Positions 25,068 through 38,255 of a stretch of DNA of 64,000 bases are shown piece after piece. Positions within the stretch are counted from its first letter, which is position 1. Every line of letters starts with the position of its first letter. Source of the DNA: Paecilomyces variotii (Eukaryota); the NCBI GenBank assembly GCA_004022145.1, contig RCNU01000003.1, one strand, 5' to 3'. Under the pieces are notes generated by a model, which worked only from the letters and a program-made list of their open reading frames with translations, did no database searches and was not told where the DNA came from. The translations under genes and the position numbers were made by a program.

Positions 25068-25553
25068 TCTGCCCAGCGGACCATATCAGTATGTGCCACC
25101 GTAAACATTTGGCATCGACGACATAGAATCATTTTCAAGGGCCGTGGAGCAGACCCGGATTGCATGTAGAGGTCAAGTCTCGCTGGGTTATCTGGGGAAT
25201 GTCGGAGTTTCGGGACCAGGCCTGTTTCGGAGAGCCCGAGCGGTGCAATCTAACCGCGAATCTCTGGCAACCTCAAAAGCAAGAGGATCTCTGTTTGTCT
25301 TTGTTTATCATATGCATCTTTATGTTATTAAACAATGTCGAAAGTTACCTTTGAATTGGAACAAATATTTAGACTGTCTGTCCTGGGAAGTTTCTCATCA
25401 TGTACCTAAAGCAGCTATATATATACATAAAACATAAGTACTTCACAACTGCAAAATCTCGGACGGAAAGATAATCATGAGAAAACTATAAAAATAAAGG
25501 CTCAGACTCTAACAATAACATTCATTCCAGATGACAACTGGTTATCCAAAGAG

Positions 25554-26711
25554 TCACTGCCCGCATCCCGCCAGAAGCATGGTAATACCAAAGCTGTCTA
25601 TATGTCCTGGAAGCGTAGGTCCCCACTCGCCGTTTCCTGCAGAGCATGCATCGTCGCGCTCACCTAGGCACAATAAGGTCGTATCTGCGTTTCCAGAACT
25701 GTAGAACTCCTATGAAAGAAACAGTTTGTTAATGGGTGAGACCTCGACTATGCCGGGAGACATGCTGAACTTACAGTTCCGTAGTGTACCATGTCGAAAG
25801 GCCAACCCACATACATATTCTAAGAAATAAATCAACATTGTGCTTTCAAATTGTATTCAACGGATACATTACTGGTACACCATCATTGAGGTTATTCCCA
25901 CGGCGCAAAGTGCCATTGATAGAGCTCCCGAATTCTGCAAATGCTTGATTACCGATCGGAAACGCAGCCAGCGCGGTACTCGTAACGTCCTTGTCGGGGA
26001 AGTTCTGTGCCAGCGCGATGTAAGATAGGTATGTCAAGGCGCCACCGAGAGAGTGTCCAGTGGATTCTAGAGTATAGTTGGGGTACTTCTGGACGAGGTC
26101 CTTGACGGCAGATATGACGGTATCATGGACGGAAGACCATGGATCGTAGACTCCCTTCATGACTTGAACACCTGAGGGAAAGCTGACTCCGGAGAGGGTT
26201 GGAGTCACTGGATCTACGTCAAGATCATTGACAAAGTCCGTGACTAGAAAGCGTAAGCTTAGGTTAAATCTTTCGCGTCTAAAGTATAGGACATACCGCT
26301 CGTTGATCCACGCATGGCCACCGAAATGCGGCCCTTGGTGGTAGAATACCCGATAAACCCCTACGTAAAATCAGGTGTTATAATACCAGAGACCGACAAA
26401 TACAACCCATTATGGAATACCTGAGTGCCTGTTTCATGATCATCTAGCTGCTTGGTAATCGTAACATCGAAAGCTTGATTTTGGCAATCGCTGTACGCAG
26501 CCGAGGACAACTGAGCGGCTCGGTGAAGTTCTGCGAAGACACCAGGATCTGTTCTACAATGGTTATTTCGGGGACGAAACAGGCGGGATGAACAGTATGT
26601 ATAAAGTAGAAGCGAACCTTTGGTATCTTTCCTTTCGATCGTAGGGGCTGCTGCTGCCGAAAGGACATATAAAGCGAAAGCAAGAAGTCTGGTATACATC
26701 GCAACATACAT
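25554..26711 (-). CDS. Secreted class-3 lipase / feruloyl esterase A-like, multi-exon
   Basis: Signal and propeptide (LSAAAAPTIERK), lid region VAMRGS, nucleophile TGHSLGG, DGVP, HYGTEFY; ends ...FGITMLLAGCGQ*. Confidence 0.85.
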
Positions 26712-27599
26712 CCCTGGTATATTTCAAACAATATTGACAGCTGAATATAGTGCCAAGGCGTTATCCGCAGATATTGTATGTTGCACGGAGACAGCCTGCT
26801 ATCCAGTAATAAGTAGAGTGTACCATCTTCTCTATTATATTCTTCTTCGGCCCCGGTCCCATCCCATCGAGACTTTTGCTTGCATCCTTCAACTTGGACG
26901 TTTTTGAGAAGACCACTCAGGGGCCAGGAACGGGTCTCTCGTCACAACAGATATCATTGCATCCTGGTAGACTTGGGGTGATGCCACGGGGGCGTAACTC
27001 CAAAAGGGAAACAAGATTATGCTGATCAGCAGAGAGTTTCTTTAAGGTAGCATCAATCCAGATCCAAAACAAGAACCATGCTCTTTGTGGAAAAGCTGCG
27101 CAAGCCTTGCACGAAATCCTTCAATTAATATCACATTATCCCGCCCTCAAACTCCCCTGACCACATACCCATGCTGTTTAGAAAAAGGGTAGAGAAAAGG
27201 GGTCTGTCATCGATGCTATTGTTGGTTTGAAGTTAAGGGTCCTGTGTGGTTGCAGAGAGATCATACCTATATGCCCCGGTCACGCCAAGAACGGTGATAA
27301 AAGATCTTAGTGGCCGCCACAACTGAAACGGGGGCTAGTATACGACCGATCATATTCAAACGGCTAACATGTATTGAACATCTGAAGATTTCGGTATTCA
27401 TTCGCATTTGCAGTTAGCCAGAGACTTTCTTTAAATTGTAGGAAACAATAGCCACGCATCAAGGAAGTATATAGCCTCGCATAGATACGGAGCATAACTG
27501 ACGATAGCTGTAGGATCCCAGGATTCAGAGAAACAGTGTGTGTAGATCTTATTGATAATAGTTCTAACAATAAGCCACTAGTAGAAATATGCACAATAA

Positions 27600-28752
27600 T
27601 TATGGGAGGCGACTAGACGATATCTCCGTAAGCGGATGAGTCTCATCAGCTGAGCCCCATTCCCGCGACCTTGGACGACTTCCTTGCATGTGTCTCTCTT
27701 CATCGTCGGCCAACTTGGCAAAGCCGCCCGCATCAGACCTGCTGTACGGTACATCACAATGGACTGACCGTAGTGATGGGTAGTAACGTCGGTATGAGAA
27801 GTATGCGACCACCAGACCGAGGAGTGTACCACAACTAACGTCATAGACATCGTGTCGATAATCAGCGAGACGGGACATGGCTATCAAGGCGGCCCCCATC
27901 AAGGGCACGAGCGAAATTAAGAACCGGCCGAGATCAGTCCCAGGGCGGAGAACATGCATTTGTCCGGCGAGAAAGCTGCATGACGCAAAAGACCTGCTGT
28001 CAGTATCATACAAAGGCAGCTTGGGGCTAGTGGACAACGTACAGTGAGAGATACCCAAGCCCTGCAAACGAGAAACTACTATGACCGCTGGGGAAGCTCC
28101 GCCATCCCTCATCGAGAATGTGGAGATTGGTCTGAGTGCAGACCTTGAAAGTAACGAGTAGATGTTCAGCTGTTCCCTTTTCTGGCTTACAGCGCGAAAT
28201 GAGATCGGGCCGTGGCCTGCCAACGGCATTCTTGATCACATCAGTGATAAATGATGACAGCGTCAGAGCCACCAGCAGACCGAGCACTGTTACGTGAAAC
28301 TTATGCGCACCAGGGTGAAAGATACTACCCCATGCGAAGAGAATTAGGAGGGGTATGATTCCGGCATATATGATAGACCATACTTGTGATGGAACGGTCA
28401 GAAAAGAGTCGTGAAAGCGAGCGTCTTAAACCTTACAGACAGGTACCCTTTCCACCACAGCAAATGGGTGTTGGATGGAGACGTTATCCAAAGTGAACAT
28501 TTGGTGGAAAGGTTTGGCAGTTATTTGTATCTGTAGATCATCATAATCAGCTTAGTGCTCGGTCTGCAAGTTGAACTCCGGAAGTATCAATCCGTGCGAA
28601 GTCACACTAACCAGTACCCATCCCACGGCAAGAAAGCCCAAAGAAATATAATCGGACGCGTATGATCTTTGCCAGAAGCGATACAGCGCTCCGGCGACAC
28701 CAGGTCTATTCGACAGAGGCATGGGCCTCGGAGATCCCGCGTTGCGCGACAT
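27600..28752 (-). CDS. PAP2-family lipid phosphate phosphatase (Dpp1-like)
   Basis: All three PAP2 motifs are present: KNAVGRPRP, SFPSGHS, SRLADYRHDVYD. Confidence 0.9.
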
Positions 28753-29129
28753 TCGCAATGGGCCTTGCTATGAAGACTTGAGGCTTCAGAAATCCAGAGA
28801 ACGGCAGTCAATTTGAGACCTCATTGCGAGGATTGAAGAGGGAAGAATAATTGAGCGGAATAGCAGCTACGTGGACCGCAGCGCACATCGATTAGGATAC
28901 TTACAGTGAGCAAGCAGCCTTCCAGCTCCAGCGGGATACTTAGGGAGGGCACGGACCACGGTTGCGCGTCGATCGTCACTGCGAACTGTCCGCCGACTCG
29001 AACTCCGGCTGAGAAGTCCAGAAGATCAGTTGCGATTCGGTGCCAACGTCCGGCTCAGTACTGGAGCAGATTTCCCTAGCTTTTCGCGACGTTAGGAAGA
29101 CACCATTGAACGCATATCCAGTGCCCCTC

Positions 29130-29994
29130 ATGGCCGACGGTGCGCAGCAACGAGCTCTCACAGCGGCGTTTCCTCCGCCTCCGCCTTTCTGGAAGCACTT
29201 CACGCCTGCCAATCTGCAAAAGCTCGAAGAGATCAAACAAGAAGCAAGGGAAGGACAGGACCCCAAGGGCAAGAAGAAATGGACACCCGCGGAATTGCGG
29301 GCTCTCAAGGTGCCGCCTGAGCTTCGTTTCCTTATACCTCCGGAAGTCCCCAGTAATGGACACTACAGTGTTTTCGGCGAGCTCCAAAGTGTACGTGACA
29401 TTATACTGACCAGGGTAGCCTGAGTCTCCTGATATTTTCAGCTAACATAGTAACGGGTAGCTCTCGACTGCGTTGCCTTCCTTGAAAGAACAAGGAATAG
29501 AGCAACTTTATCCCTCTCCGCCAGCGACAGAGGCTGGCGACGAACAATCGCTGTCGCGTCCTTCGCGCCCTCTTAACCATGCCTATTATCTCTTGAAAAT
29601 TAGCAAGTCATTGCTTTTGAACTTTCTCGAGTTTATCGGTATCCTTTCCGTAGCACCGGAACAATTCGAGCCAAAGCTTGAGGATATGCGAAATCTTTTC
29701 GTCAACGCGCACCATCTTCTCAATCTCTACAGGCCGCACCAAGCACGAGAATCACTCATTCTAATGATGGAAGAACAACTTCAGAAGACGAAGGAAGACA
29801 TAGAAGAAATGGACCAAGTCAAGGCAAAGGTGGAGACCATTCTGCAGCAGTTGAAGAACGAGGGCAGTGACGCAGATGCTGCTTCTCAGTTTTCGCGGGA
29901 GAAAATGGAGACGGACAAAGAGTTGAACAAGAAAGCCGTCGAATATGCTCAGCAGATCTGGCAATTGTTGGACGAAGAAAGCGGCACCGATTGA
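29130..29994 (+). CDS. MED7: Mediator subunit Med7
   Basis: [40 protein letters not shown]; one intron at ~29389-29460. Confidence 0.93.
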
Positions 29995-31324
29995 AGGCTC
30001 AGATCAGGCCATGGACAAGACTTATGGCACCATATCATCCTTCACGTTTCTCTCACCGCTGAATTATCTGATGGACTACTGGAAGATCCTGAGATCGTTA
30101 ATTACTGCGGATTGGCGTCGGCTGCACGCAATATGCTTCCCTCAAGTGCTTGCTTATTGCGATTTCTCGGACCGGCAGTTACGTATTGAGCTCGCGACGC
30201 GTTCTGGTGGCCCATCCATGAAACACTTGATCAGTTTATCATGCCGTGCACCACCACTACTCATCATCTATGTCAGGCTAAAAAGGGGCCGGTGAGATCA
30301 ACCACTCGATCTCAGCACGCGTTCCATGTCGGATTTCTAGATCAAGTGGGCCGGCATGCAACTTTATCCGCACCGCATCACGTGGTCAATTAGCGGGATA
30401 AATTAACCGAATTTTTCCCACTCAGAACATTTCTTCCTGTACAACAACAGCAAGTCGACTTCGCTCGCAACACAACATTGTTCTCACAGATGAAACGTCC
30501 CATTGATGATTGGTGTACAGTGAGATTATCGTTGGCTAGAGAGAAGGGCAGTTGCACATTATCGCAGCCAAATGGTGGCTGCTCTATGACATTGTAGGCA
30601 AAGCTTCGATCAAGGTCGTCCTATCCAGGTACCACCGAGTTAGAAGCTTGCTTCCAGCGACGATCCGTTTTGGTATGTTCCTCTCTTCGTCTCCTTATCC
30701 ACCCCTACCCAAAATGATGATTGATGCTTTTTTAATATGTTTCAACCCCATATTAAAAACACAAAAGTGTTTTATTGATTACATCGTGCATCTACTATCT
30801 GAAATCAAGTTAATTGCTATGGGTGCATAACTGTGCCGATAAGAATTAATTTGCCGATAGTCTTGCTTTCAGCATGTTTTCTGTTTGCATGCAAAAGGGT
30901 CCTGTTACTGACTCGGATTCTCATAGGTTTCTATCGATACCCATGCAGGTACTTTAGTTATTAGATGTATAGCATTACGAATGAAATTATTATTCAATCT
31001 GTACTTATTATTCTTCATAAGTTTCCATGCTCTATTACTCAATGGAAGATAGGAGAAATGTAAATGGATATCAACGTATATATGAAAAATTCGTTGTAGT
31101 TATCTCGACAGGATACTTATCCAGTATACATATCCTAGTCCGATAGATTTGACCTGACGTCAATGAAGACTTTTGATTCCGCTAAGTAACAAAGAATGCA
31201 TATAGAGACGATTCTTCCATATCTAAATTTATCTTCGAAATCAAAACAAATTTTATCTTGCTAACGTATGGACGATGGAGTTTTTGATACATGTACTCGG
31301 TATAGATGGCATGTAACGATGGGC

Positions 31325-33300
31325 CTATGTCGCGCGCTGTGAAGCGGTTGGTAGCTGTGTTCCAGTAGCAGCCGCACTGGAAGTTAGCTCGATTTCATCT
31401 GCTGGATCCATATCATTTGCGTTCTGCCATCCCTCGCGGTCATCCTTGACAAGCCGAACAAAGAGGAGGTCTAGCACCAATGCGATGACGCTGATGCCTG
31501 CCCCGAAGTACAGTGCCGCCTTGTAGCCCATGATGGTACTCTGTGTCCGGCGTCTAATTTCGGTCTCGACCGTCGAAGCAAAACCAAGGCCTAAACTGTT
31601 ACCGTACAGATTAAGCGTTCCGATGAGGGAGCCAGCCACGCCTTGCTGATGCCTGTTTACGGCATTGCTCGCTATAATCTGGGCAGCTGTGTACACCAGA
31701 TCTGGGCAAAATGCAAAGAGAATTACCGACGGGAAAACCTGTGCCCAGTAGGTCTGCTGCGGAGGCATCGTCGCCATGAGCAGATTGGAGACAAGTATCG
31801 TTATGGTCCCAATGGCCAGTATCCATTGAGCGGCTAGGCGTGGAATAAGCCATGCTGCGAGACCAGCAGCTCCAGTGCCAAAGATCAGGAAAGGTGTCCA
31901 ACCGACGGCAAATTGCAGAGAAGACCAATTCCACGCCTCTTCCAGCCACAGGATCTGGTACCAAATGAGAGTCCCGACGGCCATATAATTAAGCAGGACA
32001 ACGAGAATAAGGGCAGAGAATGACGGTGCCTTGAATATATCCAAGGGCATGATCGGATGAGGAGTGAAACGTTTCTCCCAGATGACAAAGGAAGCGAAGA
32101 GAACGACAGATAATACCAGAAGAGCAATTTCATAAGCTGTCGACCATCCGACGCTGGGAGCTTGGCTATATATAGTGTGTCAGTTAAAGCATCTTCCGAA
32201 GGCGGAGATAATTGATGCATCACTTACTTCCAAACGAAGTTGAATAATATCAAAGCACATGTTCCCAATCCCGCTCCAACCCAGTCAATCTTGCCTTCCC
32301 GATCCACAGGAACCTCTTTCGGGAGGATTGCGGACAGGGGAAGGAAAGTGGCGGCACCAAGTGCTGCTCTACATGGTCATTGCCATCAGCATCTTTGTAG
32401 TAGCTGGGCTTAGCCACCAACGTTTGACATTGATACTCACATGAAAACAAAAAGCCATTTCCATTCCGTCGCCTCCAGGAACACTCCCAATAGGACAGCA
32501 CCGATATATCCACCCGCTGGTGCAGAAGCACCAAAGAAGGCCAAACTGAGATTCCTCACACGCCCTGGAGGGTTTGTGATGGTGATCATTGCGACGGCGT
32601 TTGGAAGTATGAACGCTCCTCCAACTCCTGAAAGCGCTCGCACTGCTGTAAACGCATAAAAATTACTGGCGAATCCACACACGAGAGTGCATATACTTAG
32701 CCAGGCACCACCTATTAAGAGGAGATTTTTATGCCCATAGACGGCACCCAACCGACCGCTGATCAGGACAAATGTGCCCTGGGTCAGACTGTAGAATTCA
32801 TCCTCTGAAATTAGTCGACATATCTAGAAAAACGGAATTTATAATGAGACATGCGTACGCATAACTAGCCGCGATCCAAGTGGCTTGAGCTTGAGTCACA
32901 CCCAATGCATCGCCAAGTTTCATCCCTCCAGAGACACCGACGAAATTGACAATCATCTGCCAGTAGTGTTATTGTATTAAGTCTGGTTTATCGTTTTCAG
33001 ATTACTGTTAATCGCCGACTATCATACCTGCACGAGATTACTGAAGATGACCAATGAAGTAATGACTACGCGACGCGACTTGTTCATTACGTTCAATGGA
33101 GCAACATCGAAGACCCGGCGTGCTACCTCAGCAGGAATAGGAGTATTCTCATCGACAATGTCATCCTGGAAGCCATTCTGATGGTCTGATGTAGCTGGCA
33201 TAGTATCCATTGAAGGCTGTAGCTGTGGCTCTTGATGGGAAGAAGAGGAGCGGGGTATTTGAGCACTGAGTTCATATTGGAGTGCTTGAACGAGAGACAT
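31325..33300 (-). CDS. MFS drug:H+ antiporter (DHA2, Atr1-like), multi-exon
   Basis: SGRLGAVYGHK, RALSGVGGAFILPNA, FGASAPAGG, QQGVAGSL; many TM segments. Start could instead be the ATG near 33210. Confidence 0.88.
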
Positions 33301-34061
33301 GACTGCGAACTTGAGGCTAGATAGCCCAAATCAGAGGTTCGAATATGATACTGATCAAGGAGCTTCAATGTGATTTAACGAGTTCTATTTAATTGTTTCC
33401 CATGATTTAGATGAGGTCGGGGTAGCCGAGGCGGGGTGTGGGATCGTATGGAAGCCTGATTCGTCAGGCCGAAAACCGTATCCGATCTCACGATGATCGC
33501 AGAGCAGACATGCAATGTTTTTTTTTTGTATTCTCCAGCACATAACAATGATCCAGAATCATATCAAAGGAAAGCGATATTGTGTTTGGCCACTTCCGAC
33601 TATTTCTGTGGGAACAGCAATTGCGCAGTGAACGCAAATGAAGGCCATTTCAAAAAAGCCTTCTAGCATAACCTTAGATTCGCTGTGCTTTAGCGCTCCT
33701 AGATAATATGTTCTCTGTGCATTAATAGAGACTGCGCATGCTGATAGGTACATGCAATATTAATTATTTGCCAGTCAAGGTGTAATTGACCGCAAAAGCA
33801 CCCAAAGGATTACTTTCTCATCAACTAACTAGTGTAAGTTAGTTAAAGTTAGTTAAGAATCCACCCTTGGGAGCTGATTCAGCGGAAACTGGAACTCTCC
33901 GATATTCCGGAATATATCAAGCGGAAATTCCTCGTCTTCCAAGGTTGCCGGCAACTACCCGACTAACACTAACTAGCCCTTGTCAAAAGGTTAATCAAGT
34001 AATAAAGATTTTCTCTCCTTATTCGTGAAATTGTATTCCAGCGCGTTCCCTTTCTTGTTGT

Positions 34062-36314
34062 ATGTATACCACGCCGCAGTCGTCGAGATCCGACGAGTCC
34101 ACCGATGGACCCCCGCGGAAACGAACCGCTCGGGCCTGCGACTCATGCTATAGAAGAAAGGTCCGTGATCTGTTCTGAGTCTCTTCTGTCAACTAACTAT
34201 AGATCATTCTGGGTTGTCAGCTGATCTTAAAGTAACTCAATACATTCAGATTAAATGTGATGCGGAACGTCCACAGTGTAACTGGTGCAAACATCACAAC
34301 ATCCCATGCACTTTCGAGAGAGCTATTCGTGTCAGACGCAAGAGGAAATATGTCACTGAGCGGTAATGACCTAGGTTAATTCTCTATTTCTTGAGAGGCC
34401 CCCACTAATATGACTGTAGACAGAGCACCTCGCTAAGTCTGGCGGAACGCATGGACAAAATTGAAATAATATTGACAGAGAAATTATCAAATACCGGTCA
34501 GTGACTTCATGTTCAGTGATTCCGTGGCCCATACCAATCATCGTGACGAGTCACAGATAAACCTGAAAGTCGTCCGGCCACCGATATTAGACAACACGTT
34601 ACACCGGCCGCGCAATCTTTGGCTGTCTGCTTTGGAAAGCTCCATTTCGCAGGACGCAACCTAGGAGATATTAGCTCATACAATGGAATCCCATTCTTTT
34701 CCCTAGAGGGCCAAAAATGGGTCCGAGCTCGTACCGGACAGCGAGTCGACTTTGACAAGCTGTGCACATTGGGACCACCATGGCAGAACCAAAGAAATCT
34801 AGGATCCGATGCTGTTTTGATGAACCTGCAGTCGTCGAGTTCATTGGAACTTCCTGATCGCAAAACGGTGGAAGAGTATGTGGACGTCTATAATTCGACA
34901 ATCTTCCGCCTCGTCTTTCCTGTCGTGAATACGACTCTGTTCACCGAAACCCTGAACACGGCTTATGGCCACGGGCATGCCAATCAGTATTACCAAAGTG
35001 CTAGCGCCAAAGCATGTATATACTCTTTCCTCGCATTTTGCTCTGTTTTGAATATTCGGGGACCGGCATATCCCGCTGTGGACAGCGAGGGCTTTGCATT
35101 GAAAGCGCAATGTCTGCTACCGCAACTTTTACGGGAGCCAGTCAGCTCGGACGGGCTGCAAACTGCCGTCATGATGGTAAGTGTCGGCGTTGTTGATCTC
35201 TTTAGATGAATTAGCTTTTCCGTACATTATTAACCTCACATCAGGCCATATACGAACTTGCTTCGGGAAACACACCAACTGCAGCCTCTATGTCGTCTCT
35301 TACGGCACGTTTCATATTCATGCTCGGCGCCCATAGGAACCCAAGCATTGGCGACTCGATATCCCCGTCCGACGATTTGCGCTCATTGGCCACATATCAC
35401 CTCCGGAATCTGTTTTGGTTGTGTTATTCGATAGACAAGGATATATCTCTGCGTACCGGCCAACCCCCGTGTATCTCTGACTCGCAATGCGATCTTACCT
35501 TGCCAGCGCAGTATGTCGACCAATTCTATGCGAGATTTGATCCTGAATCGCCACGCAACAACTTCCCGGAAGTGCCGTTGTTCCCGCTCGATCTTCGACT
35601 CAGCATGATAAAGTCAAGAGCGTACGACGCTCTCTACTCAGTGCGCGCTCTCCAAAAAACAGACGCGGAACTTCTGCGAGCTATCCGCGAGCTAGACGCT
35701 GATCTGGAGAGATGGAGGGTATCGCTGCCACCGCGGATCAGACCGACCGTGTCTTTCTCTTACGAGATGCCAATCGATGCCACTATGGACATGGGTGTCG
35801 TGATGATGCGGCTGGATTATCATCACTGCTTATCAATGATCCATCAGGCGACAAGCCGATGCAAAGCATGGGCTGGCCCTGAGGACGGCGTTCTGGATGG
35901 GGTTGGGTCGAGCTTAGCGTTATCTGTCGAAGCCAGTCGGTCTACCATATTTTACCTACAGACTGCAGAACACGTTCTAGGAGATGACTGCTTCTGGTAC
36001 GTTTTCATCCTCTCTATTCACCGATATTGGCAAAGCATGCAACTGACTGGAACCAATCCAGGGTTGTCCTTTTCTACCCGATGTCTGCTTTTCTGACCAT
36101 CTTCTGTCATGTACTTCTACATCCCCTCCACCCGCAAGCCGCTAAGGACGTCGAGCTACTTAACAAAGCTCCCGTGTTTGTGAGGGGGCTATTCCGCCGT
36201 CAGATCTCTGTAAAGGAACTCATTCACCTGAAAGTCATTACGGAGTTTGTGGCGGAACTGGGCAGGCTTGCAAAATGCGCTATTGAAAAGGCATGCAGTG
36301 AGCGTTCTGCTTGA
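34062..36314 (+). CDS. Zn(II)2Cys6 transcription factor with fungal-specific TF domain (Mrr1-like)
   Basis: Spliced cluster RKRTARACDSCYRRK/IKCDAERPQCNWCKHHNIPCTF (intron 34161-34249), FGKLHFAG...NGIPFFSLEGQKWVRARTG, LRNLFWLCYSIDKDISLRTGQPP. Confidence 0.88.
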
Positions 36315-38255
36315 ACATTCTTATCAAATCCTCACACATTAGTTACTGCTTAATGCATATTATGCGTATGGTATGGGTCTTTCCAGAACTTTCTTCTGAT
36401 ATCTAATATGATTTGTTGGTGCCCGGGAAGGATATTGTTTCCAATGGCCTGCCTGATGATTATCCCCACAGGATTAGTGAAAATAAAATAACCCTAGAAT
36501 TTGCATTGTTGACAATTCAACAGAATTGCATTGCATCCTTCCGTTCCACTTCGGGGCCTAACTATCTGACGCAGCAGGCGGAGATAAGCGTCATTATCGC
36601 CGTCATAGTGTACCTAAGGGGTCATTCGGAATAAACATGGTAAAGGATATTTATTATTATCAACTCTCTGGGGAAAAAGGGAAGAGACAAGAAAAAAAAA
36701 AAAAAGAAATTTGTACTTTGTCTGTCCACGCAAATAATGTCAATTGCCATCTCTACCGAGTTCTGTACTGCGTTCTAAGCTAAGCATCGAAAACATTTTG
36801 TGTTTCAGCATCTGCAAAGGCGGACGCTCACTGCCTGGTCGCATCTCGGACAACCGGATTGTCGACGGCGATCGGTTGTTAAGACCACCGATATTTTAGT
36901 GGATTGGGTGGGTTCCTGCAAAACAATAATAGTAGATACATACGGACGATAACTACGGAGTAGACCTGAGAGCTTAATTCCTGGATTCGGTTCAAGAGTG
37001 CATTGGGTCTTCCAGAAAAGGTGAAACAGACGCAGCATAGAAGTGATCTGTGGCAATAAGATGCAGACAAACACTGTTATTATTTTACTAAATTTGCGCC
37101 TGCAGCGATCCACACCTGCAGTCGATAGTTAATAATAATGATACATTGATTCCTGTGTATTTATAAACGCCCTCCGAGCCGGAGCCCGACGCCCGACGCC
37201 CGAACGCCATCCGCCATCCGCTTATTCAGCGGAAAAAAAAGAAAAAGATAGTTAAGATTGTGGGGCTCCCGAGAATAATTAGATTTGCCGCTAACCCGTT
37301 CCGTGCAAGAGGATCTTTCCTTGCCAGATCTCGGATGAACGTCCTTCCTTCCTTCTAGAAGAGCCTTACGGTCCGGACCGTTCTGGATAGTATGCCACAG
37401 CCATGGTATGTTCTTGTGGCGGCTGCCTAGGAAGCTGAGCCCTATACTATCTACTATACTCTGTATCGGTTCCGTTTTGTCTGCTAAACAGAGCATGTAG
37501 ATAACGGGGATGCTGCGGCCTGCGCCAGATCAACAGCCGGCTAACTACCTAGTCAATAATGCATGCGCCGCGGTCTCAGATCGAGTATGTATATATCCGA
37601 TGTCAAGCCATTATTCTTATTTACCCGAAAGACGACGCCGGATTCGGTGCGCAGTGAATCATACTCCAATATCCACGCAAATAATAATAATAATGAGAGA
37701 GAATCTACTGTATGGTACAGTTCAGGTGGAGATATCTCGGATCGGATAATCGACTAGCAGACCGGATATACGCAGTAATAATGAATCATTATTATTGGGT
37801 GAATCGCAAATTGCAATGGCCAAGTGCATGACTAAGCGGAATTAACCCGTCGGTTGGAAATCCATAAAATCCATAAACGGGCTCTCTCGGCTCGGACAGG
37901 GGCCAATTCCGAAAGAAAGCAGCTGAATGGAGTGAGTTTTTTGCTTTCGCGTTCTCAGATTGGCGACAAAAGAAAAACATGGGCTCCGCGACTGCCATTT
38001 TACATAGTCTTGATCAGTGCTGTCCCCACAGATCATCCATCTGTCAACGTAATGTGGTTCGGGGCGTCGACTACGCGAAACAGCGACGAGATAGCCGGAA
38101 CGGATCTAGAACTGGACCTAGCGGACTCGAAATCGTCCTTTTGGGCCGCTTCCGTTCCGAAAGCTAGTTGGTTTATTTCCTGCTGAAATAATAAATAGAC
38201 CGGGTTGGCCCTGTCAGATCAAGATGGTCAGGCCGATCCGTGAACTTCAGGCACC

